This document shows, one piece after another, positions 23,866-37,620 of a DNA stretch of 64,000 nt. The stretch covers positions 25,854,001-25,918,000 of the forward strand of contig OZ024754.1 in NCBI GenBank assembly GCA_964016885.1, given 5' to 3'. The translations under genes were made by a program, and so were the position numbers. Within the stretch, counting starts at the first letter, position 1. Every line of letters starts with the position of its first letter. The notes under the pieces are model-generated. The model ran no database searches. It had not been told where the DNA came from and was given only the letters and a program-made list of their open reading frames with translations. The DNA comes from Eledone cirrhosa (lineage: Eukaryota).

Positions 23866-26800
23866 TCTCCCTGAGAGTTTCTTCTCAGACAACCTTCTGC
23901 AGTCCAGCTCTCCTGAAAGTTTCTTCACAGATAACCTTCTGCTGTCCACCTCTCCTGAGAGTTTCTTCTCAGACAACCTGTAGCTGTCCACCTTTCCTGA
24001 GAATTTCTTCTCAGACCACCTTCTGCTGTCCAGCTCTCCCTGAGAGTTTCTTCTCAGACAACCTTCTGCTGTCCAGCTCTCCTGAGAGTTTCTTCTCAGA
24101 CAGCCTTCTGCTGTCCACCTCTACTTAAAGTTTCTTCACAGATAACCTTCTGCTGTCCACCTCTCCTGAGAGTTTCTTCTCAGACAACCTGTGGCTGTCC
24201 ACCTCTCCTGAGAGTTTCTTCTCAGACAACCTTCTGCTGTCCAGCTCTCCTGAGAGTTTCTTCTCAGAGAACCTGCTGTTGTCCACCTCTCCTGAGAGTT
24301 TCTTCTCAGACCACCTGCTGCTGTCCACCTCTCCTGAGAGTTTCTTCTCAGACGACCATCTGCTGTCCACCTCTCCTGAGAGTTTCTTCTCAGACAACCT
24401 TCTGCTGTCCACCTCTCCTGAGAGTTTCTTCTCAGACGAACTTCTGCTGTCCAGCTCTCCTGAGAGTTTCTTCTCAGACGACCTTCTGCTGTCCACCTCT
24501 CCTGAGAGTTTCTTCTCAGACGACCTTCTGCTGTCCACCTCTCCCTGAGAGTTTCTTCTCAGACAACCTGTGGCTGTCGCACTCTCCTCGGAATTTTTTC
24601 TCTGAGGACATTCTGCTGTCCAGCTCTCACTGAGAGTTTCTTCTCAGACGACCTTCTGCTGTCCACCTCTCCCTGATAGTTTCTTCTCAGACAACCTGTG
24701 GCTGTCCACCTCTCCTGAGAGTTTCTTCTCAGACAACATGCTGCTGTCCACCTCTCCTGAGATTTTCTTCTCAGACAACCTTCTGCTGTCCAGCTCTCCC
24801 TGAGAGTTTCTTCTCAGACAACCTTCTGCAGTCCAGCTCTCCTGAAAGTTTCTTCACATATACCTTCTGCTGTCCACCTCTCCTGAGAGTTTCTTCTCAG
24901 ACAACCTGTGGCTGTCCACCTCTCCTGAGAATTTCTTCTCAGACAACCTTCTGCTGTCCAGCTCTCCCTGAGAGTTTCTTCTCAGACAACCTTCTGCTGT
25001 CCAGCTCTCCTGAGAGTTTCTTCTCAGACAACCTGCTGCTGTCCACCTCTCCTGAGAGTTTCTTCTCAGACAACCTGCTACTGTCCACCTCTCCTGAGAG
25101 TTTCTTCTCAGACAAGCTGCTGTTGTCCACCTCTCCTGAGAGTTTCTTCTCAGACAACCTGCTGCTGTCCACCTCTCCTGAGAGTTTCTTCTCAGAAAAA
25201 CTGTTGCTGTCAATCTCTCCCTGAGAGTTTCTTCTCAGACGACCATCTGCTGTCCACCTCTCCTGAGAGTTTCTTCTCAGACAACCTTCTGCTGTCCACC
25301 TCTCCTGAGAGTTTCTTCTCAGACGACCTTCTGCTGTCCAGCTCTCCTGAGAGTTTCTTCTCAGACGACCTTCTGCTGTCCAGCTCTCCCTGAGAGTTTC
25401 TTCTCAGACAACCTTCTGCTGTCCAGCTCTCCTGAGAGTTTCTTCTCAGACGACCTTCTGCTGTCCACCTCTCCCTGAGAGTTTCTTCTCAGACAACCTG
25501 TGGCTGTCGCACTCTCCTCGGAGTTTCTTCTCTGAGGACCTTCTGCTGTCCAGCTCTCCCTGAGAGTTTCTTCTCAGACAACCTGCTGCTGTCCACCTCT
25601 CTTGAGAGTTTCTTCTCAGACAACCTGCTGCTGTCCACCTCTCCTGAGAGTTTCTTCTCCTACAACCTTCTGCTGTCCAGCTCTCCTGAGAGTTTCTTCT
25701 CAGAGAACCTTCTGTTGTCCACCTCTCCTGAGAGTTTCTTCTCAGACAACCTGCTGCTGTCCACCTCTCCGGAGAGTTTCTTCTCAGACAACCTTCTGCT
25801 GTCCACCTCTCCTGAGAATGTTCTTCTCAGATAACCTGTTGCTGTCCAGCTCTCCCTGAGAGTTTCTTCACAGATAACCTTCTGCTGTCCACCTCTCCTC
25901 AGAGTTCCTTCTCAGACGACCATCTGCTGTCCACCTCTCCTGAGAGTTTCTTCTCAGACAACATTCTGCTGTCCACGTCTCCTGAGAGTTTCTTCCCAGA
26001 CGACCTTCTGCTGTCCAACTCTCCCTGAGAGTTTCTTCTCAGACGACCTGCTGCTGTCCAGCTCTCCCTGAGAGTTTCTTCTCAGACAACCTTCTGCTGT
26101 CCTGCTCTCCTGAGAGTTTCTTCTCAGACGACCTTCTGCTGTCCACCTCTCCCTGATAGTTTCTTCTCAGACAACCTGTGGCTGTCCACCTCTCCTGAGA
26201 GTTTCTTCTCAGACAACATGCTGCTGTCCACCTCTCCTGAGAGTTTCTTCTCAGACAACCTTCTGCTGTCCAGCTCTCCCTGAGAGTTTCTTCTCAGACG
26301 ACCTTCTGCTGTCCAGCTCTCCCTGAGAGTTTCTTCTCAGACGACCTTCTGATGTCCAGCTCTCCCTGAGAGTTTCTTCTCAGACAACCTTCTGCTGTCC
26401 TGCTCTCCTGAGAGTTTCTTCTCTGACGACCTTCTGCTGTCCACCTCTCCCTGAGAGTTTCTTCTCAGACAACCTGTGGCTGTCCAGCTCTCCTGAGAGT
26501 TTCTTCTCAGAGGACCTTCTGTTGTGCACCTCTCCCTGACAGTTTCTTCTCAGACAACCTGTAACTGTCCAACTCTCCTCAGAGTTTCTTCTCTGAGGAC
26601 CTTCTGCTGTCCAGCTTTCCCTGAGAGTTTCTTCTCAGACGACCTTCTGCTGTCCAGCTCTCCCTGAGTGTTTCTTCTCAGACGACCTTCTACTGTCCAG
26701 CTCTCCCTGAGAGTTTCTTCTCAGGCGACCTTCTGCTGTCCAGCTCTCCCTGAGAGTTTCTTCTCAGACAACCTTCTGCTGTCCAGCTCTCCTGAGAGTT

Positions 26801-29800
26801 TCTTCTCAGACAGCCTTCTGCTGTCCACCTCTACTTAAAGTTTGTTCACAGATAACCTTCTGCTGTCCACCTCTCCTGAGAGTTTCTTCTCAGACAACCT
26901 GTGGCTGTCCACCTCTCCTGAGAGTTTCTTCTCAGACAATGTTCTGCTGTCCAGCTCTCCTGAGAGTTTCTTTTCAGAGAACCTGCTGTTGTCCACCTCT
27001 CCTGAGAGTTTCTTCTCAGACAACCTGCTGCTGTCCACCTCTCCTGAGAGTTTCTTCTCAGACAACCTTCTGCTGTCCAGCTCTCCTGAGAGTTTCTTCT
27101 CAGATAACCTGCTGCTGTCCAGCTCTCCCTGAGAGTTTCTTCTCAGACAACCTTCTGCAGTCCAGCTCTCCTGAAAGTTTCTTCACAGATAACCTTCTGC
27201 TGTCCACCTCTCCTGAGAGTTTCTTCTCAGACAACCTGTAGCTGTCCACCTCTCCTGAGAATTTCTTCTCAGACCACCTTCTGCTGTCCAGCTCTCCCTG
27301 AGAGTTTCTTCTCAGACAACCTTCTGCTGTCCAGCTCTCCTGAGAGTTTCTTCTCAGACAGCCTTCTGCTGTCCACCTCTACTTAAAGTTTCTTCACAGA
27401 TAACCTTCTGCTGTCCACCTCTCCTGAGAGTTTCTTCTCAGACAACCTGTGGCTGTCCACCTCTCCTGAGAGTTTCTTCTCAGACAACCTTCTGCTGTCC
27501 AGCTCTCCTGAGAGTTTCTTCTCAGAGAACCTGCTGTTGTCCACCTCTCCTGAGAGTTTCTTCTCAGACAACCTGCTGCTGTCCACCTCTCCTGAGAGTT
27601 TCTTCTCAGACGACCATCTGCTGTCCACCTCTCCTGAGAGTTTCTTCTCAGACAACCTTCTGCTGTCCACCTCTCCTGAGAGTTTCTTCTCAGACGAACT
27701 TCTGCTGTCCAGCTCTCCTGAGAGTTTCTTCTCAGACGACCTTCTGCTGTCCACCTCTCCTGAGAGTTTCTTCTCAGACGACCTTCTGCTGTCCACCTCT
27801 CCCTGAGAGTTTCTTCTCAGACAACCTGTGGCTGTCGCACTCTCCTCGGAATTTTTTCTCTGAGGACATTCTGCTGTCCAGCTCTCACTGAGAGTTTCTT
27901 CTCAGACGACCTTCTGCTGTCCACCTCTCCCTGATAGTTTCTTCTCAGACAACCTGTGGCTGTCCACCTCTCCTGAGAGTTTCTTCTCAGACAACATGCT
28001 GCTGTCCACCTCTCCTGAGAGTTTCTTCTCAGACAACCTTCTGCTGTCCAGCTCTCCCTGAGAGTTTCTTCTCAGACGACCTTCTGCTGTCCAGCTCTCC
28101 CTGAGAGTTTCTTCTCAGACGACCTTCTGATGTCCAGCTCTCCCTGAGAGTTTCTTCTCAGACAACCTTCTGCTGTCCTGCTCTCCTGAGAGTTTCTTCT
28201 CAGACGAACTTCTGCTGTCCAGCTCTCCTGAGAGTTTCTTCTCAGACGACCTTCTGCTGTCCACCTCTCCTGAGAGTTTCTTCTCAGACGACCTTCTGCT
28301 GTCCACCTCTCCTGAGAGTTTCTTCTCAGACGAACTTCTGCTGTCCAGCTCTCCTGAGAGTTTCTTCTCAGACGACCTTCTGCTGTCCACCTCTCCTGAG
28401 AGTTTCTTCTCAGACGACCTTCTGCTGTCCACCTCTCCCTGAGAGTTTCTTCTCAGACAACCTGTGGCTGTCGCACTCTCCTCGGAATTTTTTCTCTGAG
28501 GACATTCTGCTGTCCAGCTCTCACTGAGAGTTTCTTCTCAGACGACCTTCTGCTGTCCACCTCTCCCTGATAGTTTCTTCTCAGACAACCTGTGGCTGTC
28601 CACCTCTCCTGAGAGTTTCTTCTCAGACAACATGCTGCTGTCCACCTCTCCTGAGATTTTCTTCTCAGACAACCTTCTGCTGTCCAGCTCTCCCTGAGAG
28701 TTTCTTCTCAGACAACCTTCTGCAGTCCAGCTCTCCTGAAAGTTTCTTCACATATACCTTCTGCTGTCCACCTCTCCTGAGAGTTTCTTCTCAGACAACC
28801 TGTGGCTGTCCACCTCTCCTGAGAATTTCTTCTCAGACAACCTTCTGCTGTCCAGCTCTCCCTGAGAGTTTCTTCTCAGACAACCTTCTGCTGTCCAGCT
28901 CTCCTGAGAGTTTCTTCTCAGACAACCTGCTGCTGTCCACCTCTCCTGAGAGTTTCTTCTCAGACAACCTGCTACTGTCCACCTCTCCTGAGAGTTTCTT
29001 CTCAGACAAGCTGCTGTTGTCCACCTCTCCTGAGAGTTTCTTCTCAGACAACCTGCTGCTGTCCACCTCTCCTGAGAGTTTCTTCTCAGAAAAACTGTTG
29101 CTGTCAATCTCTCCCTGAGAGTTTCTTCTCAGACGACCATCTGCTGTCCACCTCTCCTGAGAGTTTCTTCTCAGACAACCTTCTGCTGTCCACCTCTCCT
29201 GAGAGTTTCTTCTCAGACGACCTTCTGCTGTCCAGCTCTCCTGAGAGTTTCTTCTCAGACGACCTTCTGCTGTCCAGCTCTCCCTGAGAGTTTCTTCTCA
29301 GACAACCTTCTGCTGTCCAGCTCTCCTGAGAGTTTCTTCTCAGACGACCTTCTGCTGTCCACCTCTCCCTGAGAGTTTCTTCTCAGACAACCTGTGGCTG
29401 TCGCACTCTCCTCGGAGTTTCTTCTCTGAGGACCTTCTGCTGTCCAGCTCTCCCTGAGAGTTTCTTCTCAGACAACCTGCTGCTGTCCACCTCTCTTGAG
29501 AGTTTCTTCTCAGACAACCTGCTGCTGTCCACCTCTCCTGAGAGTTTCTTCTCCTACAACCTTCTGCTGTCCAGCTCTCCTGAGAGTTTCTTCTCAGAGA
29601 ACCTTCTGTTGTCCACCTCTCCTGAGAGTTTCTTCTCAGACAACCTGCTGCTGTCCACCTCTCCGGAGAGTTTCTTCTCAGACAACCTTCTGCTGTCCAC
29701 CTCTCCTGAGAATGTTCTTCTCAGATAACCTGTTGCTGTCCAGCTCTCCCTGAGAGTTTCTTCTCAGACAACTTTCTGCTGTCCAGCTCTCCTGAAAGTT

Positions 29801-32800
29801 TCTTCACAGATAACCTTCTGCTGTCCACCTCTCCTCAGAGTTCCTTCTCAGACGACCATCTGCTGTCCACCTCTCCTGAGAGTTTCTTCTCAGACAACAT
29901 TCTGCTGTCCACGTCTCCTGAGAGTTTCTTCCCAGACGACCTTCTGCTGTCCAACTCTCCCTGAGAGTTTCTTCTCAGACGACCTGCTGCTGTCCAGCTC
30001 TCCCTGAGAGTTTCTTCTCAGACAACCTTCTGCTGTCCTGCTCTCCTGAGAGTTTCTTCTCAGACGACCTTCTGCTGTCCACCTCTCCCTGATAGTTTCT
30101 TCTCAGACAACCTGTGGCTGTCCACCTCTCCTGAGAGTTTCTTCTCAGACAACATGCTGCTGTCCACCTCTCCTGAGAGTTTCTTCTCAGACAACCTTCT
30201 GCTGTCCAGCTCTCCCTGAGAGTTTCTTCTCAGACGACCTTCTGCTGTCCAGCTCTCCCTGAGAGTTTCTTCTCAGACGACCTTCTGATGTCCAGCTCTC
30301 CCTGAGAGTTTCTTCTCAGACAACCTTCTGCTGTCCTGCTCTCCTGAGAGTTTCTTCTCTGACGACCTTCTGCTGTCCACCTCTCCCTGAGAGTTTCTTC
30401 TCAGACAACCTGTGGCTGTCCAGCTCTCCTGAGAGTTTCTTCTCAGAGGACCTTCTGTTGTGCACCTCTCCCTGACAGTTTCTTCTCAGACAACCTGTAA
30501 CTGTCCAACTCTCCTCAGAGTTTCTTCTCTGAGGACCTTCTGCTGTCCAGCTTTCCCTGAGAGTTTCTTCTCAGACGACCTTCTGCTGTCCAGCTCTCCC
30601 TGAGTGTTTCTTCTCAGACGACCTTCTACTGTCCAGCTCTCCCTGAGAGTTTCTTCTCAGGCGACCTTCTGCTGTCCAGCTCTCCCTGAGAGTTTCTTCT
30701 CAGACAACCTTCTGCTGTCCAGCTCTCCTGAGAGTTTCTTCTCAGACAGCCTTCTGCTGTCCACCTCTACTTAAAGTTTGTTCACAGATAACCTTCTGCT
30801 GTCCACCTCTCCTGAGAGTTTCTTCTCAGACAACCTGTGGCTGTCCACCTCTCCTGAGAGTTTCTTCTCAGACAATGTTCTGCTGTCCAGCTCTCCTGAG
30901 AGTTTCTTTTCAGAGAACCTGCTGTTGTCCACCTCTCCTGAGAGTTTCTTCTCAGACAACCTGCTGCTGTCCACCTCTCCTGAGAGTTTCTTCTCAGACA
31001 ACCTTCTGCTGTCCAGCTCTCCTGAGAGTTTCTTCTCAGATAACCTGCTGCTGTCCAGCTCTCCCTGAGAGTTTCTTCTCAGACAACCTTCTGCAGTCCA
31101 GCTCTCCTGAAAGTTTCTTCACAGATAACCTTCTGCTGTCCACCTCTCCTGAGAGTTTCTTCTCAGACAACCTGTAGCTGTCCACCTCTCCTGAGAATTT
31201 CTTCTCAGACCACCTTCTGCTGTCCAGCTCTCCCTGAGAGTTTCTTCTCAGACAACCTTCTGCTGTCCAGCTCTCCTGAGAGTTTCTTCTCAGACAGCCT
31301 TCTGCTGTCCACCTCTACTTAAAGTTTCTTCACAGATAACCTTCTGCTGTCCACCTCTCCTGAGAGTTTCTTCTCAGACAACCTGTGGCTGTCCACCTCT
31401 CCTGAGAGTTTCTTCTCAGACAACCTTCTGCTGTCCAGCTCTCCTGAGAGTTTCTTCTCAGAGAACCTGCTGTTGTCCACCTCTCCTGAGAGTTTCTTCT
31501 CAGACAACCTGCTGCTGTCCACCTCTCCTGAGAGTTTCTTCTCAGACGACCATCTGCTGTCCACCTCTCCTGAGAGTTTCTTCTCAGACAACCTTCTGCT
31601 GTCCACCTCTCCTGAGAGTTTCTTCTCAGACGAACTTCTGCTGTCCAGCTCTCCTGAGAGTTTCTTCTCAGACGACCTTCTGCTGTCCACCTCTCCTGAG
31701 AGTTTCTTCTCAGACGACCTTCTGCTGTCCACCTCTCCCTGAGAGTTTCTTCTCAGACAACCTGTGGCTGTCGCACTCTCCTCGGAATTTTTTCTCTGAG
31801 GACATTCTGCTGTCCAGCTCTCACTGAGAGTTTCTTCTCAGACGACCTTCTGCTGTCCACCTCTCCCTGATAGTTTCTTCTCAGACAACCTGTGGCTGTC
31901 CACCTCTCCTGAGAGTTTCTTCTCAGACAACATGCTGCTGTCCACCTCTCCTGAGAGTTTCTTCTCAGACAACCTTCTGCTGTCCAGCTCTCCCTGAGAG
32001 TTTCTTCTCAGACGACCTTCTGCTGTCCAGCTCTCCCTGAGAGTTTCTTCTCAGACGACCTTCTGATGTCCAGCTCTCCCTGAGAGTTTCTTCTCAGACA
32101 ACCTTCTGCTGTCCTGCTCTCCTGAGAGTTTCTTCTCAGACGACCTTCTGCTGTCCACCTCTCCCTGAGAGTTTCTTCTCAGACAACCTGTGGCTGTCCA
32201 CCTCTCCTGAGAGTTTCTTCTCAGAGGACCTTCTGTTGTGCACCTCTCCCTGACAGTTTCTTCTCAGACAACCTGTAACTGTCCAACTCTCCTCAGAGTT
32301 TCTTCTCTGAGGACCTTCTGCTGTCCAGCTTTCCCTGAGAGTTTCTTCTCAGACGACCTTCTGCTGTCCAGCTCTCCCTGAGTGTTTCTTCTCAGACGAC
32401 CTTCTACTGTCCAGCTCTCCCTGAGAGTTTCTTCTCAGGCGACCTTCTGCTGTCCAGCTCTCCCTGAGAGTTTCTTCTCAGACAACCTTCTGCTGTCCAG
32501 CTCTCCTGAGAGTTTCTTCTCAGACAGCCTTCTGCTGTCCACCTCTACTTAAAGTTTGTTCACAGATAACCTTCTGCTGTCCACCTCTCCTGAGAGTTTC
32601 TTCTCAGACAACCTGTGGCTGTCCACCTCTCCTGAGAGTTTCTTCTCAGACAATGTTCTGCTGTCCAGCTCTCCTGAGAGTTTCTTTTCAGAGAACCTGC
32701 TGTTGTCCACCTCTCCTGAGAGTTTCTTCTCAGACAACCTGCTGCTGTCCACCTCTCCTGAGAGTTTCTTCTCAGACAACCTTCTGCTGTCCAGCTCTCC

Positions 32801-33460
32801 TGAGAGTTTCTTCTCAGATAACCTGCTGCTGTCCAGCTCTCCCTGAGAGTTTCTTCTCAGACAACCTTCTGCAGTCCAGCTCTCCTGAAAGTTTCTTCAC
32901 AGATAACCTTCTGCTGTCCACCTCTCCTGAGAGTTTCTTCTCAGACAACCTGTAGCTGTCCACCTCTCCTGAGAATTTCTTCTCAGACAACCTGCTGCTG
33001 TCCACCTCTCCCTGAGAGTTTCTTCTCAGACAACCTTCTGCTGTCCAGCTCTCCTGAGAGTTTCTTCTCAGACAGCCTTCTGCTGTCCACCTCTACTTAA
33101 AGTTTCTTCACAGATAACCTTCTGCTGTCCACCTCTCCTGAGAGTTTCTTCTCAGACAACCTGTGGCTGTCCACCTCTCCTGAGAGTTTCTTCTCAGACA
33201 ACCTTCTGCTGTCCAGCTCTCCTGAGAGTTTCTTCTCAGAGAACCTGCTGTTGTCCACCTCTCCTGAGAGTTTCTTCTCAGACAACCTGCTGCTGTCCAC
33301 CTCTCCTGAGAGTTTCTTCTCAGACGACCATCTGCTGTCCACCTCTCCTGAGAGTTTCTTCTCAGACAATCTTCTGCTGTCCACCTCTCCTGAGAGTTTC
33401 TTCTCAGACGAACTTCTGCTGTCCAGCTCTCCTGAGAGTTTCTTCTCAGACGACCTTCTG
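21420..33460 (+). repeat. Homogenised block of variable-length higher-order repeats (offsets 3385, 3258, 3894/3936, 1778 bp)
   Basis: Identical ORFs recur at 21469/24854/28748 and 23577/26835/30771/32549. Near-identical ORFs recur at 24125/27383/31319/33097. Marker aaagtttgttcacag is at ~23580, 26838, 30774 and 32551. Confidence 0.9.
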
Positions 33461-35639
33461 CTGTCGAGGTCTCCCTGAGAGTTTCTTCTCAGACAACCTT
33501 CTGCTGTCCACCTCTCCTGAGAGTTTCTTCTCAGACGACCTTCTGCTGTCCACCTCTCCCTGAGAGTTTCTTCTCAGACAACCTGTGGCTGTCACACTCT
33601 CCTCGGAATTTTTTCTCTGAGGACCTTCTGCTGTCCAGCTCTCACTGAGAGTTTCTTCTCAGACAACCTGCTGCTGTCCACCTCTCCTGAGAGTTTCTTC
33701 TCAGACAACCTGTTGCTGTCCACCTCTCCCTGAGAGTTTCTTCTCAGACAACCTGCTGCTGTCCACCTCTCCTGAGAGTTTCTTCTCAGACAACCTTCTG
33801 CTGACAACCTCTCCTGAGAGTTTCTTCTCAGACAACCTTCTGCTGTCCAGCTCTCCTGAGAGTTTCTTCTCAGAGAACCTTCTGTTGTCCACCTCTCCTG
33901 AGAGTTTCTTCTCAGACAACCTGCTGCTGTCCACCTCTCCTGAGAGTTTCTTCTCAGACAACCTTCTGCTGTCCACCTCTCCTGAGAATGTTCTTCTCAG
34001 ATAACCTGTTGCTGTCCAGCTCTCCCTGAGAGTTTCTTCTCAGACGACCTTCTGCTGTCCACCTCTCCCTGAGAGTTTCTTCTCAGACGACCTTCTGCTG
34101 TCCACCTCTCCTGAGAGTTTCTTCTCAGACAACATGCTGCTGTCTACCTCTCCTGAGAGTTTCTTCTCAGACAACCTTCTGCTGTCCAGCTCTCCTGAGA
34201 GTTTCTTCTCAGACGACCTTCTGCTGTCCACCTCTCCCTGAGAGTTTCTTCTCAGACGACCTTCTGCTGTCCACCTCTCCTGAGAGTTTCTTCTCAGACA
34301 ACATGCTGCTGTCCACCTCTCCTGAGAGTTTCTTCTCAGACAACCTTCTGCTGTCCAGCTCTCCCTGAGAGTTTCTTCTCAGACGACCTTCTGCTGTCCA
34401 GCTCTCCCTGAGAGTTTCTTCTCAGACGACCTTCTGCTGTCCACGTCTCCTGAGAATGTTCTGCTCAGATAACCTGTTGCTGTCCAGCTCTCCCTGAGAG
34501 TTTCTTCTCAGACAACCTTCTGCTGTCCACCTCTCCCTGAGAGTTTCTTCTCAGACAACCTGTGGCTGTCCACCTCTCCTGAGAGTTTCTTCTCAGACAA
34601 CCTTCTGCTGTCCAGCTCTCCTGAGAGTTTCTTCTCAGAGAACCTGCTGTTGTCCACCTCTCCTGAGAGTTTCTTCTCAGACAACCTGCTGCTGTCCACC
34701 TCTCCTGAGAGTTTCTTCTCAGACAACCTTCTGCTGTCCACCTCTCCTGAGAATGTTCTTCTCAGATAACCTGTTGCTGTCCAGCTCTCCCTGAGAGTTT
34801 CTTCTCAGACAACCTTCTGCTGTCCAGCTCTCCTGAGAGTTTCTTCACAGATAACCTTCTGCTGTCCACCTCTCCTGAGAGTTTCTTCTCAGACAACCTT
34901 CTGCTGTCCAGCTCTCCTCAGAGTTTCTTCTCAGACAACCTACTGCTGTCCACCTCTCCTGAGAGTTTCTTCTCAGACAACCTTCTGCTGTCCAGCTCTC
35001 CCTGAGAGTTTCTTCTTAGACGACCTTCTGCTGTCCAGCTCTCGCTGAGAGTTTCTTCTCAGACAACCTTCTGCTGTCCAGCTCTCCTGAGAGTTTCTTC
35101 TCAGACGACCTTCTGCTGTCCACCTCTCCCTGAGAGTTTCTTCTCAGACAACCTGTGGCTGTCTCACTCTCCTCAGAGTTTCATCTCTGAGGACCTTCTG
35201 CTGTCCAGCTCTCCCTGAGAGTTTCTTCTCAGACGACCTTCTGCTCTCCAACTCTCCCTGAGAATTTCTTCGCAGACGACCTGCTGCTGTCCAGCTCTCC
35301 CTGAGAGTTTCTTCTCAGACGACCTTTTGCTGTGCACCTCTCCTGAGAGTTTCTTCTAAGACAACCTGTTGCTGTCCAGCTCTCCTGAGAGTTTCTTCTC
35401 AGACAATCTTCTACTGTCCACCTCTCCTGAAAGTTTCTTCTCAGACAACTTTCTGCTGTCCACCTCTCCTGAGAGTTTCTTCTCAGACAACCGGTGGCTC
35501 TCCACCTCTTCTGAGAGTTTCTTCTCAGACAACCTGCTGCTGTCCACCTCTCCTGAGAGTTTCTTCTCAGACAACCTTCTGCTGTCCACCACTCCTGAGA
35601 GTTTCTTCTAAGACAACCTGTTGCTGTCCAGCTCTCCCT

Positions 35640-37620
35640 GAGAGTTTCTTCTCAGACGACCTTCTGCTGTCCACCTCTCCTGAGAGTTTCTTCTCAGACA
35701 ACCTTCTGCTGTCCACCTCTCCTGAGAGTTTCTTCTCAGACAACCTGCTGCTGTCCACCTCTCCCTGAGAGTTTCTTCTCAGACAACCTGTGGCTGTCCA
35801 ACTCTCCTCAGAGTTTCTTCTCTGAGGACCTTCTGCTGTCCAGCTCTCCCTGAGAGTTTCTTCTCAGACGACCTTCTGTGGTCCAGCTCTCCTGAGAGTT
35901 TCTTCTCAGACGACCTTCTGCTGTCCACCTCTCCCTGAGAGTTTCTTCTCAGACAACCTGTGGCTGTCCCACTCACCTCAGAGTTTCTTCTCTGAGGTCC
36001 TTCTGCTCTCCAGCTCTCCCTGAGAGTTTCTTCTCAGACGACCTTCTGCTCTCCAGCTCTCCCTGAGAGTTTCTTCTCAGACGACATGCTGCTGTCCAGC
36101 TCTCCCTGAGAGTTTCTTCTCAGACGACCTTCTGCTGTCCAGCTCTCCCTGAAAGTTTCTTCTCAGACGACCTGCTGCTGTCCAGCTCTCCCTAAGATTT
36201 TCTTCTCAGACAACCTTATGCTGTCCACCTCTCCCTGAGAGTTTCTTCTCAGACAACCTGCTGCTGTCCACCTCTCCTGAGAGTTTCTTCTCAGACAACC
36301 TTCTGCTGTCCAGCTCTCCTGAGAGTTTCTTCTCAGATAACCTGCTGCTGTCCAGCTCTCCCTGAGAGTTTCTTCTCAGACAACCTTCTGCTGTCCAGCT
36401 CTCCTGAGAGTTTCTTCTCAGACGACCTTCTGCTGTCCACCTCTCCCTGAGAGTTTCTTCTCAGACAACCTGTGGCTGTCGCACTCTCCTCAGAGTTTCA
36501 TCTCTGAGGACCTTCTGCTGTCCAGCTCTCCCTGAGAGTTTCTCCTCAGACGACATTCTGCTCTCCAACTCTCCCTGAGAATTTCTTCTCAGACGACCTG
36601 CTGCTGTCCAGCTCTCCCTGAGAGTTTCTTCTCAGACGACATTTTGCTGTCCACCTCTCCTGAGAGTTTCTTCAAAGACAACCTGTTGCAGTCCACCTCT
36701 CCTGAGAGTTTCTTCTAAGACAACCTGCTACTGTCCAGCTCTCCTGAAAGTTTCTTCTCAGACAATCTTCTACTGTCCACCTCTCCTGAAAGTTTCTTCT
36801 CAGACAACCTTCTGCTGTCCACCTCTCCTGAGAGTTTCTTCTCAGACAACCTGTGGCTGTCCACCTCTCCTGAGAGTTTCTTCTCAAACAACCTGCTGCT
36901 GTCCACCTCTCCTGAGAGTTTCTTCTCAGACAACCTTCTGCTGTCCAGCTCTCCTGAGAGTTTCTTGTAAGACAACCTGTTGCTGTCCAGCTCTCCCTGA
37001 GAGTTTCTTCTCAGACGACCATCTGCTGTCCACCTCTCCTGAGAGTTTCTTCTCAGACAACCTTCTGCTGTCCACCTCTCCTGAGAGTTTCTTCTCAGAC
37101 GACCTTCTGCTGTCCAGCTCTCCTGAGAGTTTCTTCTCAGACAACCTGCTGCTGTCCACCTCTCCCTGAGAGTTTCTTCTCAGACAACCTGTGGCTGTCC
37201 AACTCTCCTCAGAGTTTCTTCTCTGAGGACCTTCTGCTGTCCAGCTCTCCCTGAGAGTTTCTTCTCAGACGACCTTCTGTGGTCCAGCTCTCCTGAGAGT
37301 TTCTTCTCAGACGACCTTCTGCTGTCCACCTCTCCCTGAGAGTTTCTTCTCAGACAACCTGTGGCTGTCCCACTCTCCTCAGAGTTTCTTCTCTGAGGTC
37401 CTTCTGCTCTCCAGCTCTCCCTGAGAGCTTCTTCACAGACGACCTTCTGCTCTCCAGCTCTCCCTGAGAGTTTCTTCTCAGACGACATGCTGCTGTCCAG
37501 CTCTCCCTGAGAGTTTCTTCTCAGACGACCTTCTGCTGTCCAGCTCTCCCTGAGAGTTTCTTCTCAGACGACCTGCTGCTGTCCAGCTCTCCCTAAGATT
37601 TTCTTCTCAGACAACCGGTG
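35640..37620 (+). repeat. Duplication at offset about 1401 bp (~35.64-36.2 kb vs ~37.04-37.62 kb)
   Basis: The private variant ccttctgtggtccagc is at ~35872 and ~37273. ctccctaagattttc follows in both copies, and ORFs share a stop at 35779/37180. Confidence 0.8.
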
